Below, in pieces: positions 17,431 through 29,571 of a DNA stretch of 64,000 bases. Under the pieces are notes generated by a model. That model saw only the letters and a program-made list of their open reading frames with translations, did not search any database and was not told the origin of the DNA. Each line of letters begins with the position of its first letter. The first letter of the stretch is position 1. The stretch is from contig OZ244197.1 of assembly GCA_965216785.1 (NCBI GenBank), forward strand, positions 2,880,001 to 2,944,000. The letters run 5' to 3'. This stretch comes from Thermodesulfobacteriota bacterium (GTDB taxonomy: Bacteria > Desulfobacterota_D > UBA1144 > Nemesobacterales > UBA2774). The translations under genes were made by a program, and so were the position numbers.

Positions 17431-18945
17431 TTGCGATATCTCAAACCAAAATCCGATTTACCTTTACGTCAGTATTTTTCGTTTGCCGCGGTATTTATTG
17501 TAGTTGTTGCCGCCGCTTTTTGTATGTATTTAATTGATACAACTGAAGCGTTAGCTCAAGACTCTCAGGGTTTTTCCCAAACAATAAAGGACCACACAAC
17601 ACTTGGGATTAACGTCAGACTTCGGAACGAGTACTGGAATACATTTGAGAAAAAGGGGACCGACACTGAAAGATCCTATAACTTCTTTCTCATAAGAGCA
17701 AGGGCTTTTGCAGATTTTAAATGGCAAAAATACAGAATCCATATACTCACCCAGGGAGTAAAAGCATTTGACTTCCCAAGAAACGGGGCATTCGGTCCGG
17801 GTCCCCTATACTTCAACGCGAGTGACCGGAAAACCGGTCCCGGCAACTTTCAGTTTGTAGAAGCCTTTTTCCAGTACGATGATCCCGAAGGGTTTTATTT
17901 TACGGGAGGGCGTATTCCCATTCGTGAAGGAGCCGAGGTTCTGTATAAGGACAACCCAAAGTTAAATTGGGTTATCAAAAAGAGGCTTTCAGAGCGCCTC
18001 ATCGGAACATGGGACTGGACGAACATAGGAAGAAGATTCGACGGGGCAAGCCTTGGGTATCACAACTCCACATTTGATTTTAACGCGTTCGGGTCGTGGG
18101 TAACTTTCGGCGGATTTGATTTTGATGACGGTTACTGGAAAGACCTGGATAATGTTGTGGTTGTTGGCGGATCGTTCACCATAAAAGAAGGTGTGCTCTT
18201 GGATAATACCCAGTTTAAGCTATTTAACTATTACTATTTCGATAACAGAAATGTCGCGGTTGATTTTGCCGGTGATGATTTGAAGATAGACACTATAGGG
18301 GTAAACATGGTCGGCGCTTATCCCGCGGGACCGGGGGAAATCGATCTTATGTTGTGGGGTGCGCTTCAGTTCGGGAGCTTCGGCGACCTAGACCAAAAAG
18401 CCGGAGCTTTTATAGGAGAGGTAGGATACCAGCTTACAGAAGTTCCATGGAAACCATGGCTTAGAGCGGGTATAGCATATGCCTCGGGAGACGGCGACCC
18501 GAATGACGGAGATAACGGCACTTTCTTCAATATGGTCCCTACGAATCACAAATTTTACGGCTATGTAGACGCAAACGCTTTTAGTAACCTCGTGGATACC
18601 TATTTGCAGTTCTTTTTATCCCCCCACAAGAGAATCAACCTGGCCGTAGACGGCCATCTGTTTTGGCTGGCCTCGGATGAAGAGGTCTGGATCGGCGGAT
18701 CGGGACCTTTTAACGACGCGGTTTTCGGTTACGCGTTCAGAAACCCGGTCGAAGGGAATAATATAGAGCAAGACCTTGGCGGCGAGATCGACATTGGCGC
18801 AAATATAGTCGCCTTGGACTTCCTGTCGTTTCAAGTCGGATACTCTCACTTCTTTGGTGGAGACGGCGTGAGCGTCGTATTTGATAGGGAAGATAACCTG
18901 GATTGGTTCTATGCTCAGTGCATAATCAACTTCCAGACAAAATAA
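17431..18945 (+). CDS. Alginate-export (AlgE-like) family outer-membrane beta-barrel
   Basis: Signal peptide (ALA-Q), RLRNEY, RRFDG, YASGDGDP..D, NHKFYGYVD, DLGGEID, amphipathic strands. TTG start chosen because GAGGAGG precedes it. Confidence 0.75.
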   Translation: MRYLKPKSDLPLRQYFSFAAVFIVVVAAAFCMYLIDTTEALAQDSQGFSQTIKDHTTLGINVRLRNEYWNTFEKKGTDTERSYNFFLIRARAFADFKWQKYRIHILTQGVKAFDFPRNGAFGPGPLYFNASDRKTGPGNFQFVEAFFQYDDPEGFYFTGGRIPIREGAEVLYKDNPKLNWVIKKRLSERLIGTWDWTNIGRRFDGASLGYHNSTFDFNAFGSWVTFGGFDFDDGYWKDLDNVVVVGGSFTIKEGVLLDNTQFKLFNYYYFDNRNVAVDFAGDDLKIDTIGVNMVGAYPAGPGEIDLMLWGALQFGSFGDLDQKAGAFIGEVGYQLTEVPWKPWLRAGIAYASGDGDPNDGDNGTFFNMVPTNHKFYGYVDANAFSNLVDTYLQFFLSPHKRINLAVDGHLFWLASDEEVWIGGSGPFNDAVFGYAFRNPVEGNNIEQDLGGEIDIGANIVALDFLSFQVGYSHFFGGDGVSVVFDREDNLDWFYAQCIINFQTK

Positions 18946-18985
18946 TAGGCGGCTCGTATTTCTTAATGACAGCCCCAAGAGAAGT

Positions 18986-20368
18986 CTAAAACCTCGGATC
19001 GGGATAGTAGAACTTAAACGAGAGCGGGTCGAAATCTCCTGCGGGAGACTCGATAAAGAATTCATAGTGAGTGCGCGGCTCGTAGTTAAAATCCATCCCG
19101 TAGGTACTGCGGTTAATTATAGATATAGGGTGCGTCACAGTCTCATATTCTTCCCTATGAAGCTCCTTTCCTTCTCTCCACTGGATTAGCGTAAGGGGCT
19201 TTGTGTATATTTTATCACCGTCTTTTATGTGAACGTAAAGAGACAGATCGCCGGGCTTATTTTCGTAAGCGGCTCTTCCGAACACTGAGTAAAATACATT
19301 TAGCTCCTTACCGCTTCGGTCTTTTGTAGTAGACTCGCCCTCAAAGAAGGTCTTCTCTAGAACGATATTATGATAATCCTCTTTATCGCTCCACGAGTCT
19401 GCCATGGAGCTCTCAGCCGGCAATAAAAGAAGCAGTGAGACCAAAGCCACGCTTATGAACTTTATCCTTCCGGTAGGGCAATGATCCAGACAGCGCGAGC
19501 ACATATCGCACCTGGGGTCGTTGATCCTGGCCATCGGCGAGAGACCGAGCCAGCACTCTTCCATACACTGCATACACCCCTTTGGACAGCTGAGATCAGA
19601 ATCGTGTCTGAGGCGGAAGACCTTGAGCTTCCCGACTACGCTTAGAAAAATGCCTGTGGGGCATAAATACCTGCAGAAATAACCGGGCTTAGACAACTCA
19701 AATACAACTAAACCCAGAAACAGCGCTCCCCAAAGAGTCCAGCCACCCCATAGTAAAAAATCCGAGACCGAATGCTGAAATATCGCGGGCGGAAGTAGGT
19801 ACTGCAGCACAAGCGGATTTGTGATGACGAGCAAGAAGAGCACTATCATATACACTACCCTACCCTTTTTTTTAAACATCGTTCCGGGAGGAGCCTGCGC
19901 CTTAATTTTTCTTCCAAAAAACTTTCTCTGGATTTTGAGGTTTGTGGATACAATAAGGGACATCGGGCATATATATCCGCAGAATGCCCGTCCGAACAAT
20001 AAAGCGAGACCAAGTGCGATCAGTAATGTCGTAAGGAAAACCCAGTTCCAGGAAGCGGGCTCTAGAACGCTGTTCACAGCCTGCACCGTAATAGTGAGCG
20101 GCTCTGTGAATATTACGGGGAAAAATTTAAACGTGTACGGGCCGCCGGACACATTTTCGTAAATAGGATCGAGCGAGGACCTGAGCCAGTGATCGAACTG
20201 AATAAGAAAATCCCTGCTCCACTGTGTCGTAACAGCGGGAGAGGTGGGGTATGGATAGGGGTCCTGCCTGAATGTTCTGATCAGCTGGAACAGCGGGCTT
20301 ATGAAGAGGATCAATATAATAAATATCTGCAGAGTGCGTCTTACCCATGGGAGTGTTTTATGAGGCAT
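18986..20368 (-). CDS. napH: NapH-like membrane subunit (copy 2) with C-terminal extra domain
   Basis: GRAFCGYICP, FCRYLCPTG, CMQCMEEC, CDMCSRCLDHCP, then a hydrophobic segment and a ~135-aa soluble domain. ATG 20368 is preceded by AGGAGG. Confidence 0.78.
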   Translation of the reverse strand: MPHKTLPWVRRTLQIFIILILFISPLFQLIRTFRQDPYPYPTSPAVTTQWSRDFLIQFDHWLRSSLDPIYENVSGGPYTFKFFPVIFTEPLTITVQAVNSVLEPASWNWVFLTTLLIALGLALLFGRAFCGYICPMSLIVSTNLKIQRKFFGRKIKAQAPPGTMFKKKGRVVYMIVLFLLVITNPLVLQYLLPPAIFQHSVSDFLLWGGWTLWGALFLGLVVFELSKPGYFCRYLCPTGIFLSVVGKLKVFRLRHDSDLSCPKGCMQCMEECWLGLSPMARINDPRCDMCSRCLDHCPTGRIKFISVALVSLLLLLPAESSMADSWSDKEDYHNIVLEKTFFEGESTTKDRSGKELNVFYSVFGRAAYENKPGDLSLYVHIKDGDKIYTKPLTLIQWREGKELHREEYETVTHPISIINRSTYGMDFNYEPRTHYEFFIESPAGDFDPLSFKFYYPDPRF

Positions 20369-20963
20369 AATTTTCCTCCTTTGGCAAGACGTATATCGCG
20401 GTCGGGGTTTGCGGGCAGCGCTCTTCGCACCTGCCGCACCCGATGCAGTGGTCTTCATGCACGACGGGCTTTGCCCTTGGGATAAGAGTAATGGCGCTTC
20501 CTTTCAGAGGGCAGGCGTCGTGGCAAATCCCGCATATCCTGCCGTTATAGGAAAGACAATTTGTCTCGAGCACTACAGCCGTTCCCATATCTACTTTTTC
20601 GCTGATCTCCTGAAGATCGCGTTTGATGGGCGAGAGAGCGCCAGAAGGACACACCTGAGTGCAGTTCATGCACAGATTGCATGACCTGATCCTCGTATTA
20701 AGAAACGGGGTTCCGGCGAGCCGCTCGTTCTCTGTAAAGCTGAAAAAGCGTATGCACCCGGCCTGGCACACATTGGCGCAGGCGCGGCACCTGATGCATT
20801 CCTTTACGAATTCGCGCTCGGCTTTAGCGCCCGGGGGGCGGACGTACCTGTGCGCAAGCGCTGAATCTGGGAAGAAAAAATTAAACAACCGGAAGAACTG
20901 GAAAGTGAAACTTACCAGGAGAAATGAAATGAACCATAAAAACTGGTTTCTTGTTATCTTCAA
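20358..20963 (-). CDS. napG: NapG/MauM-like polyferredoxin (copy 2)
   Basis: VRPPGA, CIRCRACANVC, CNLCMNCTQVCP, CGICHDACP, CIGCGRCEERCP; TTG start with AAGGAG. Confidence 0.82.
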   Translation of the reverse strand: MKITRNQFLWFISFLLVSFTFQFFRLFNFFFPDSALAHRYVRPPGAKAEREFVKECIRCRACANVCQAGCIRFFSFTENERLAGTPFLNTRIRSCNLCMNCTQVCPSGALSPIKRDLQEISEKVDMGTAVVLETNCLSYNGRICGICHDACPLKGSAITLIPRAKPVVHEDHCIGCGRCEERCPQTPTAIYVLPKEENYAS

Positions 20964-21156
20964 GAGACAACTCCTTAAGCTTCGTTTATCATTCAGCTCG
21001 CCACGTTATTGTCTCGATCAGTAATACTACCTGAGTTAGTGGATTAGGCTATATGCAAATAGACAATGAATAAAAAATCACGCCTAGAATGAGTAAAAGA
21101 CTTTAGAGAAAGCAGAACTGGTAAATATAAAAGTGTTCAGGAATTACCTTGAAAAT

Positions 21157-21232
21157 TGGCTCCGGAGGAGGGATTCGAACCCCCGACCTAGTGATTAACA
21201 GTCACCCGCTCTGCCAGCTGAGCTACTCCGGA
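21157..21232 (-). tRNA. tRNA-Asn(GTT)
   Basis: TCCGGAGTAGCTCAG...GTGACTGTTAATCAC...GGTTCGAATCC...TCCGGAGCCA; cloverleaf, CCA encoded. Confidence 0.97.
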
Positions 21233-21263
21233 ACCGAAAACTAAGCTCAGAACTAAGGCATTA

Positions 21264-21292
21264 ACTTTATCCATTAGATCAGGGTGAGTCAA
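21264..21292 (-). promoter_or_regulatory. sigma-70 promoter of tRNA-Asn
   Basis: TTGACT-N17-TAAAGT on the minus strand. Confidence 0.55.
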
Positions 21293-21426
21293 GGTTTTTA
21301 AGCTGCTTATTTCTATATGCTCTATTTTTACATTCATAGCTTTCATATCCGCAAATACCCTGTTGCTTAGGAATACGCAAAAACGTATACTAAACAGTAT
21401 AAATGCGTTAACCTAAGTGCTGATAT

Positions 21427-22326
21427 ATGTCAGAAAAACCCGATAAAAAAGTTAAAAAAGAAAAGAAGCAATCCAAAAACCTTCTGCCGGCACAAACAAC
21501 TTCGCTCCACCGCTATCTTGCGGAGATAAGTAATTATCCCGTGCTGAGCCGCGAGGAAGAGTACGAGCTCGCCATGAAATATAAGAATGAAGGCGACTTG
21601 GAAGCGGCCAGGAAGCTCGTAACATCGAACCTAAAATTCGTCGTGAGCGTCGCCAATGAGTACAAAAACTACGGCTTTAACACGATGGACATAATTCAGG
21701 AAGGAAACGTCGGGCTCATGCACGCCGTAAAGGGGTTCGACCCAACAAAAGGGTACCGCCTTATATCCTACGCTGTGTGGTGGATAAGGGCGTACATGCA
21801 AAACTACATAATAAAGAGCTGGAGCCTGGTAAAAGTGGGCACGACACAGGCCCAGAGAAAGCTATTCTACAAGCTTAGGTCCGCCAAGAACGAGCTTGCT
21901 AAGGAAAATCTGAGCGCCGAGGACTATAAAGAGCTTGCCGCTAAGCTCAACGTATCGGACAAGGCCGTGATCGAGATGGACCAGAGAATGGGGGGTAAGG
22001 ACCTGTCGCTGGACGCTGAGATAAAGAGCGATAACGATATGTCGCACCTTGATTTCCTGGCGGACTCGGAAGTGAACCAGGAAGACCTGCTCACAAAAAC
22101 GCAGGAATCGGAGATGGTGAGAGACGGGATGGAAGACGCGCTCGATACCCTTAAAGACAGAGAGCGCTACATCATCGAAGAGAGAGTCCTCTCGGACAAC
22201 CCTAAGACGCTCGATGAGCTCGGGACGAAGTTCAACATTTCAAGAGAAAGGGTGAGGCAGATTGAGAGCGCAGCGCTTAAAAAGATTAAGACCGTCCTTC
22301 AGGAAAAAGGAATCAGAAAAGAATAG
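21427..22326 (+). CDS. rpoH: RNA polymerase sigma-32 factor
   Basis: DIIQEGNVGLM, YAVWWIRA, RpoH box TTQAQRKLFYKLR, ISRERVRQIE. Confidence 0.92.
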   Translation: MSEKPDKKVKKEKKQSKNLLPAQTTSLHRYLAEISNYPVLSREEEYELAMKYKNEGDLEAARKLVTSNLKFVVSVANEYKNYGFNTMDIIQEGNVGLMHAVKGFDPTKGYRLISYAVWWIRAYMQNYIIKSWSLVKVGTTQAQRKLFYKLRSAKNELAKENLSAEDYKELAAKLNVSDKAVIEMDQRMGGKDLSLDAEIKSDNDMSHLDFLADSEVNQEDLLTKTQESEMVRDGMEDALDTLKDRERYIIEERVLSDNPKTLDELGTKFNISRERVRQIESAALKKIKTVLQEKGIRKE

Positions 22327-24963
<2,637 letters not shown>

Positions 24964-25003
24964 CTATACCATTAATTACCTTTTGTATTTGTAGTAGTTA
25001 AAT

Positions 25004-26068
25004 TCAGGCCCCCTGAGCACGGGCTTTGATTTGCGCGGTTTTGGCCGGATAGCTCGCGGCAAGCTGTCCGCATGCGCCCAGAATATCCGTTCCGCGGCTC
25101 TTTCTTATCCTTACGTTTATCCCGTAGGACATTAGAATCTTTTGAAACGCTAACACACCATCCATGGAAGGCGTACGGTAGGACAGAGGCGGAGCTTCAT
25201 TAAACGGAATCAGGTTCACTTTACACCTGATACCCCGCAGCAGCTCACCCAAGTCATAGGCGTCTTTAATCGAATCGTTTACTCCTTTTAACATCACGTA
25301 TTCGAACATAAGGTCTTTTCTGGGAGGAAGCGGGAACCGCATGCATTCCTTAAGCAGCTTTTTTATCGGGTAGCGCTTATTTATGGGCATTATTTCATTT
25401 CTCAACTCGTCTCTGGGCGCGTTCAACGACACAGCCAGATTAACCGAAACCTCTTTGCCTAGCTCGCCGATCTTAGGAACGATACCCGAAGTGGATACGG
25501 TAATCCTCTTAGCTGATAATGATATGAAATTTGTGTCCATAAGAATATTAAGCGCTTTAACCAGGTTCTCGAGGTTATCCAGAGGCTCTCCCATTCCCAT
25601 GAATACGATATTAGTAACGCCGTCCCCGCAGTAGCGGTTGGCAAGAATGTACTGATCGACGATCTCAGAGGGGCTGAGGTTTCTTATCTTGCCTACCGTG
25701 CCTGTCAGGCAGAATTTACATGCAAGCGCGCACCCTACCTGAGAGGAGATACAGAGCGTATTCCTCGTCTTCTCGGGTATCAAAACCGACTCTATGCGCT
25801 TTCCGTCCCAAAGCTCAAAAAGGAATTTCCTGGTGCCGTCCGTTGAGACCTGCTCGTCCGAAAGCTCGAGCGCGCAGTCAAGAGTGAAGTTTTCTTTGAG
25901 AACCTCCCTTAGCTCTTTTGACAGATCGGTCATATCGTCAAAAGAGGAGGCGTCCTTTTGGTAGAGCCATTTTCCGATCTGGCGCGAGCGGTAAGGCTCG
26001 AGACCTTTTGACTCAATAAATTCCTCGATATCCTTAGGACTTAGGTCTTTTATATTTACTTTATCCAT
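25004..26068 (-). CDS. rlmN: 23S rRNA m2A2503 / tRNA methyltransferase
   Basis: CISSQVGCALACKFC, MGMGEP, DILGACGQL. Confidence 0.96.
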   Translation of the reverse strand: MDKVNIKDLSPKDIEEFIESKGLEPYRSRQIGKWLYQKDASSFDDMTDLSKELREVLKENFTLDCALELSDEQVSTDGTRKFLFELWDGKRIESVLIPEKTRNTLCISSQVGCALACKFCLTGTVGKIRNLSPSEIVDQYILANRYCGDGVTNIVFMGMGEPLDNLENLVKALNILMDTNFISLSAKRITVSTSGIVPKIGELGKEVSVNLAVSLNAPRDELRNEIMPINKRYPIKKLLKECMRFPLPPRKDLMFEYVMLKGVNDSIKDAYDLGELLRGIRCKVNLIPFNEAPPLSYRTPSMDGVLAFQKILMSYGINVRIRKSRGTDILGACGQLAASYPAKTAQIKARAQGA

Positions 26069-26228
26069 TTCAATACAACCCTGTATTTATAAACAGTTAA
26101 TGATACAGGCGGTATATATATTATACAATAGCGCGGGAGAGCCGCATGTGAGTCAAAGTAAGCGCAGTTTATTCAGAAGGCAAATCCGAGTTTAAGATGA
26201 TACCACACAGAAACTATAGGTAATTATA

Positions 26229-27230
26229 TCAGGCGTTTTTATTGTCTTTTGAGACCCGGGCCACGAGCTCTGTAAACTCTTGCAGCTCTCTTCTGACTTC
26301 GACTATTTCAGCGTGGAGCTTTTCACGCCGTTTCCCGCTCGATTTGTAGTAAGAAGTTTTTCGGAGCGAGAGGCGGCTTACGAGCATGAGGAACTTTTCT
26401 TTATTTAGATACTCAGGGAACCAGCCGCTTTTTTTCATAGCGCCGTAAGACATCAGAATTTTTTTGTAATCCTCGGGTAGAACGCCCAGGTCAAACTCTT
26501 CTCCCAGCACACTTTCTCTTTGCTTCCGCTCCCCGCGTATGCCGAATACGAATATTATAAAAATAATAACCACATAGACGATGAGAAGTAATACAGCAGT
26601 GCCCCAGCCCTCGGCGCTTCCCGTCGTAACAAGATAATTCCAGCTGCTGTGGAGAAGAACCGCGAGGATATAGGAGCCTAGAACATACATTACCGCTTTT
26701 ACTCCGTGCTCCTTTAGCTTACTTATACCGGCTCCGAAAGTTGCGCTTGCCGCGCAGTGCATATTCGCCGTGAGCATGCTCCGTATGAATATGAGACTTA
26801 GCCACTCATAACCCGGGTCATAACCGGCATATTGAGTGAAATACAGGAAGTTCTCTGTCATTCCGAACCCTAGTCCAGAAGCCGCGCCGTAAACGAGGCC
26901 GTCGGTTACGTTGTCGAAATTTCTGTATCTGAGAAGGAAGAACACTATGAGACCCTTCATGAATTCTTCCACAACCGGGGCAACCACCACAGCTCCGGCA
27001 TCTAGACCCGCGTCGTAAGCAGTATAAATAGCCTCCTGAAACAAGTTTATGCTAAACGTGGAAGCTATTATAGAAAGCCCTATAGCGCCGAATCCGCCCC
27101 ACAGAAACGCCGCCAGAACGAACCTTAGGGGCTCACGGTCATAACGGTCTACCCACCATATGAAATAGAGCATGGCAACCATTGGAGCGACCGCCATTAC
27201 TAACGATACATACAGGATTACATGATCCAT
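26229..27230 (-). CDS. prsW: PrsW family intramembrane metalloprotease
   Basis: DRYDREP, APVVEEFMK, GLGFGMTEN, H motifs (NMH, LLHSSWN). Confidence 0.88.
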   Translation of the reverse strand: MDHVILYVSLVMAVAPMVAMLYFIWWVDRYDREPLRFVLAAFLWGGFGAIGLSIIASTFSINLFQEAIYTAYDAGLDAGAVVVAPVVEEFMKGLIVFFLLRYRNFDNVTDGLVYGAASGLGFGMTENFLYFTQYAGYDPGYEWLSLIFIRSMLTANMHCAASATFGAGISKLKEHGVKAVMYVLGSYILAVLLHSSWNYLVTTGSAEGWGTAVLLLIVYVVIIFIIFVFGIRGERKQRESVLGEEFDLGVLPEDYKKILMSYGAMKKSGWFPEYLNKEKFLMLVSRLSLRKTSYYKSSGKRREKLHAEIVEVRRELQEFTELVARVSKDNKNA

Positions 27231-27366
27231 GGGCTAAAATACATAATATTCCCGATTGGGAATTAATACAAGTGCAAAAGTACGGTATTTTTAGGAAGAA
27301 TATATAAGGATTATAGCCCAGTGATTACATCTGAATTTACTGGTATATTATTCCCCGTACAATAAA

Positions 27367-29571
27367 ATGCCAGACTTAAAGACCGCCAAAGAGCACGGAC
27401 TCACAGAAGAAGAATATAATAAAATTATAGATACGCTCGGCAGGGAGCCAAACCTTACGGAGCTAGGCATACTCGCGGCCATGTGGAGTGAGCACTGCTC
27501 CTATAAAAGCTCTAAAATACATCTGAAAACACTGCCCACAGAGGGTGAGCAGGTTATCCAAGGCCCCGGGGAAAACGCCGGGATCGTGGACATAGGTGAG
27601 GGTCTCTGCGCGGTGTTTAAGATGGAGAGCCACAACCACCCCTCTTTTATCGAGCCTTATCAGGGAGCGGCTACGGGAGTGGGCGGTATTCTAAGAGATA
27701 TATTCACAATGGGCGCGCGCCCTGTAGCACTGCTCGATTCGCTAAGGTTCGGAGACCCTTCGCTTCCAAAAACAAAGTTCCTGGTAGACGGCGTTGTAGC
27801 CGGAATTGCGGGTTACGGAAACTGTATAGGCATACCCACCATCGGGGGTGAAGTGTATTTTGACAAATGCTACGATGGAAACCCTCTTGTAAACGTGTTC
27901 GCGCTCGGAATTGCAAAAACCGACGGGATATTCAAAGGCTACGCCGAGGGCGTTGGGAACCCGGTGATCTATGTGGGTTCTAAAACCGGACGGGACGGTA
28001 TACACGGCGCTGTGATGGCATCGGAAACTTTTACAAAAGAAGCCGAGGAGAAGAGACCCGCCGTTCAGGTGGGAGACCCATTTACGGAGAAATTACTGCT
28101 CGAAGCGTGCCTCGAGCTATTCAAGACAGACGCCGTTGTAGGAATTCAGGACATGGGGGCCGCGGGACTTACTTCTTCTTCCACAGAGATGGCAGAGCGC
28201 GCGGGGACCGGGATTACGATCGATATTGACAAAGTACCCCGGCGGGAAGAGTCGATGAGCGCTTATGAGGTAATGCTCTCGGAATCGCAGGAGCGCATGC
28301 TCATGGTGCTTAAAAGAGGTAAAGAAGAGGTAGCCGAGAGGATATTCAAGAAATGGGAACTCGATTTTAGCGTCATTGGAGAGGTTACTGACGACAGCTC
28401 ACTTAAATTGACAGAAAAGGGCGAGCTCGTATGCGATATACCCATAAGTCTCATCGCCGAAGAAGCGCCTCTTTATGATAGGCCATGGAGCGAGCCGGCA
28501 TATCAGAGCGGACTTAACGTCCTTAATACGTCTGACATACCAATACCGGGAGATTTGGGAGGAGTACTCCTCACTCTTCTTTCATCGCCAACACTGGCGA
28601 ATAAACGCTGGATATTCGAGCAGTACGATCATATGGTAAGGACAAACACTGTAGTACTCCCGGGCGGTGACTCTTCTGTAATCAGGGTTAAGGGAACCGA
28701 TAAAGCCTTATCCATGACAGTTAACTGCAACTCTAAATACTGCTACTTGGACCCGTATTGGGGAGCGGCCATTGCTGTTGCGGAATGTGCCAGAAACTTA
28801 GCGGTATCCGGCGCAAGACCCCTTGCGATCACAGATTGTCTTAACTTTGGGAGCCCCGAGAAGCCGGGCGTGATGTGGCAGTTTAAGCGGGCGATTGAAG
28901 GAATGAGTGAAGCGGTGGAAAAATTCAACACGCCGGTTGTGAGCGGCAACGTCAGTTTTTACAATGAAACAGAGGAAAAGGCAATCTACCCGACCCCTAC
29001 AATAGGCATGGTCGGACTCATTGAAAACATAAATAATATGGTAACCCCGTGGTTTAAGAATGAGGGGGATATAATAGTACTGCTGGGAGAGACAAAAGAG
29101 GAACTTGGCGGCAGCGAGTACTTGGAAAAAATTCACGGCAAGGTATGCGGCACTGCTCCAGAGCTTGTGTTCGATTCGGAAATAAAACTGATTGAAACCT
29201 TACTTAAAGCTTCGGGAAAAGGTATACTACACTCTGCACATGATCTATCTGAAGGCGGCCTTGCAATAGCACTTACAGAATCATGCTTCTCACCACAAGG
29301 CAATATTGGTGTTAAAATTTATATACCCATTGATATGAGAGAGGATGCTCTTTTGTTTTCTGAATCACAGTCAAGAGCGATTGTCTCTTTGGATGAAGGA
29401 AACATTGAAAGTCTTAAGGGTATTGCGCAAGAACTCGGCCTTACCGCAAATGTTATCGGCAAGGTCGGAGGCGATAAAATACATATCGAGGACTTAGTGA
29501 ATATATCTCTTGACGAAGCCTTTAGTGCATGGAATACGGGTTTCGAAAATATACTCAAAAGCTATGCCTAA
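27367..29571 (+). CDS. purL: FGAM synthase subunit PurL (small type)
   Basis: [40 protein letters not shown]. Confidence 0.97.
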   Translation: MPDLKTAKEHGLTEEEYNKIIDTLGREPNLTELGILAAMWSEHCSYKSSKIHLKTLPTEGEQVIQGPGENAGIVDIGEGLCAVFKMESHNHPSFIEPYQGAATGVGGILRDIFTMGARPVALLDSLRFGDPSLPKTKFLVDGVVAGIAGYGNCIGIPTIGGEVYFDKCYDGNPLVNVFALGIAKTDGIFKGYAEGVGNPVIYVGSKTGRDGIHGAVMASETFTKEAEEKRPAVQVGDPFTEKLLLEACLELFKTDAVVGIQDMGAAGLTSSSTEMAERAGTGITIDIDKVPRREESMSAYEVMLSESQERMLMVLKRGKEEVAERIFKKWELDFSVIGEVTDDSSLKLTEKGELVCDIPISLIAEEAPLYDRPWSEPAYQSGLNVLNTSDIPIPGDLGGVLLTLLSSPTLANKRWIFEQYDHMVRTNTVVLPGGDSSVIRVKGTDKALSMTVNCNSKYCYLDPYWGAAIAVAECARNLAVSGARPLAITDCLNFGSPEKPGVMWQFKRAIEGMSEAVEKFNTPVVSGNVSFYNETEEKAIYPTPTIGMVGLIENINNMVTPWFKNEGDIIVLLGETKEELGGSEYLEKIHGKVCGTAPELVFDSEIKLIETLLKASGKGILHSAHDLSEGGLAIALTESCFSPQGNIGVKIYIPIDMREDALLFSESQSRAIVSLDEGNIESLKGIAQELGLTANVIGKVGGDKIHIEDLVNISLDEAFSAWNTGFENILKSYA

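Noticed and set aside
8649-21254. CTAAGCTCGGAACT (8649) versus CTAAGCTCAGAACT (21241) as possible att or direct repeats
   Set aside because: A 13/14 match is expected by chance in 64 kb; the first copy is part of the riboswitch and the second lies 5' of the tRNA, not at its 3' end.
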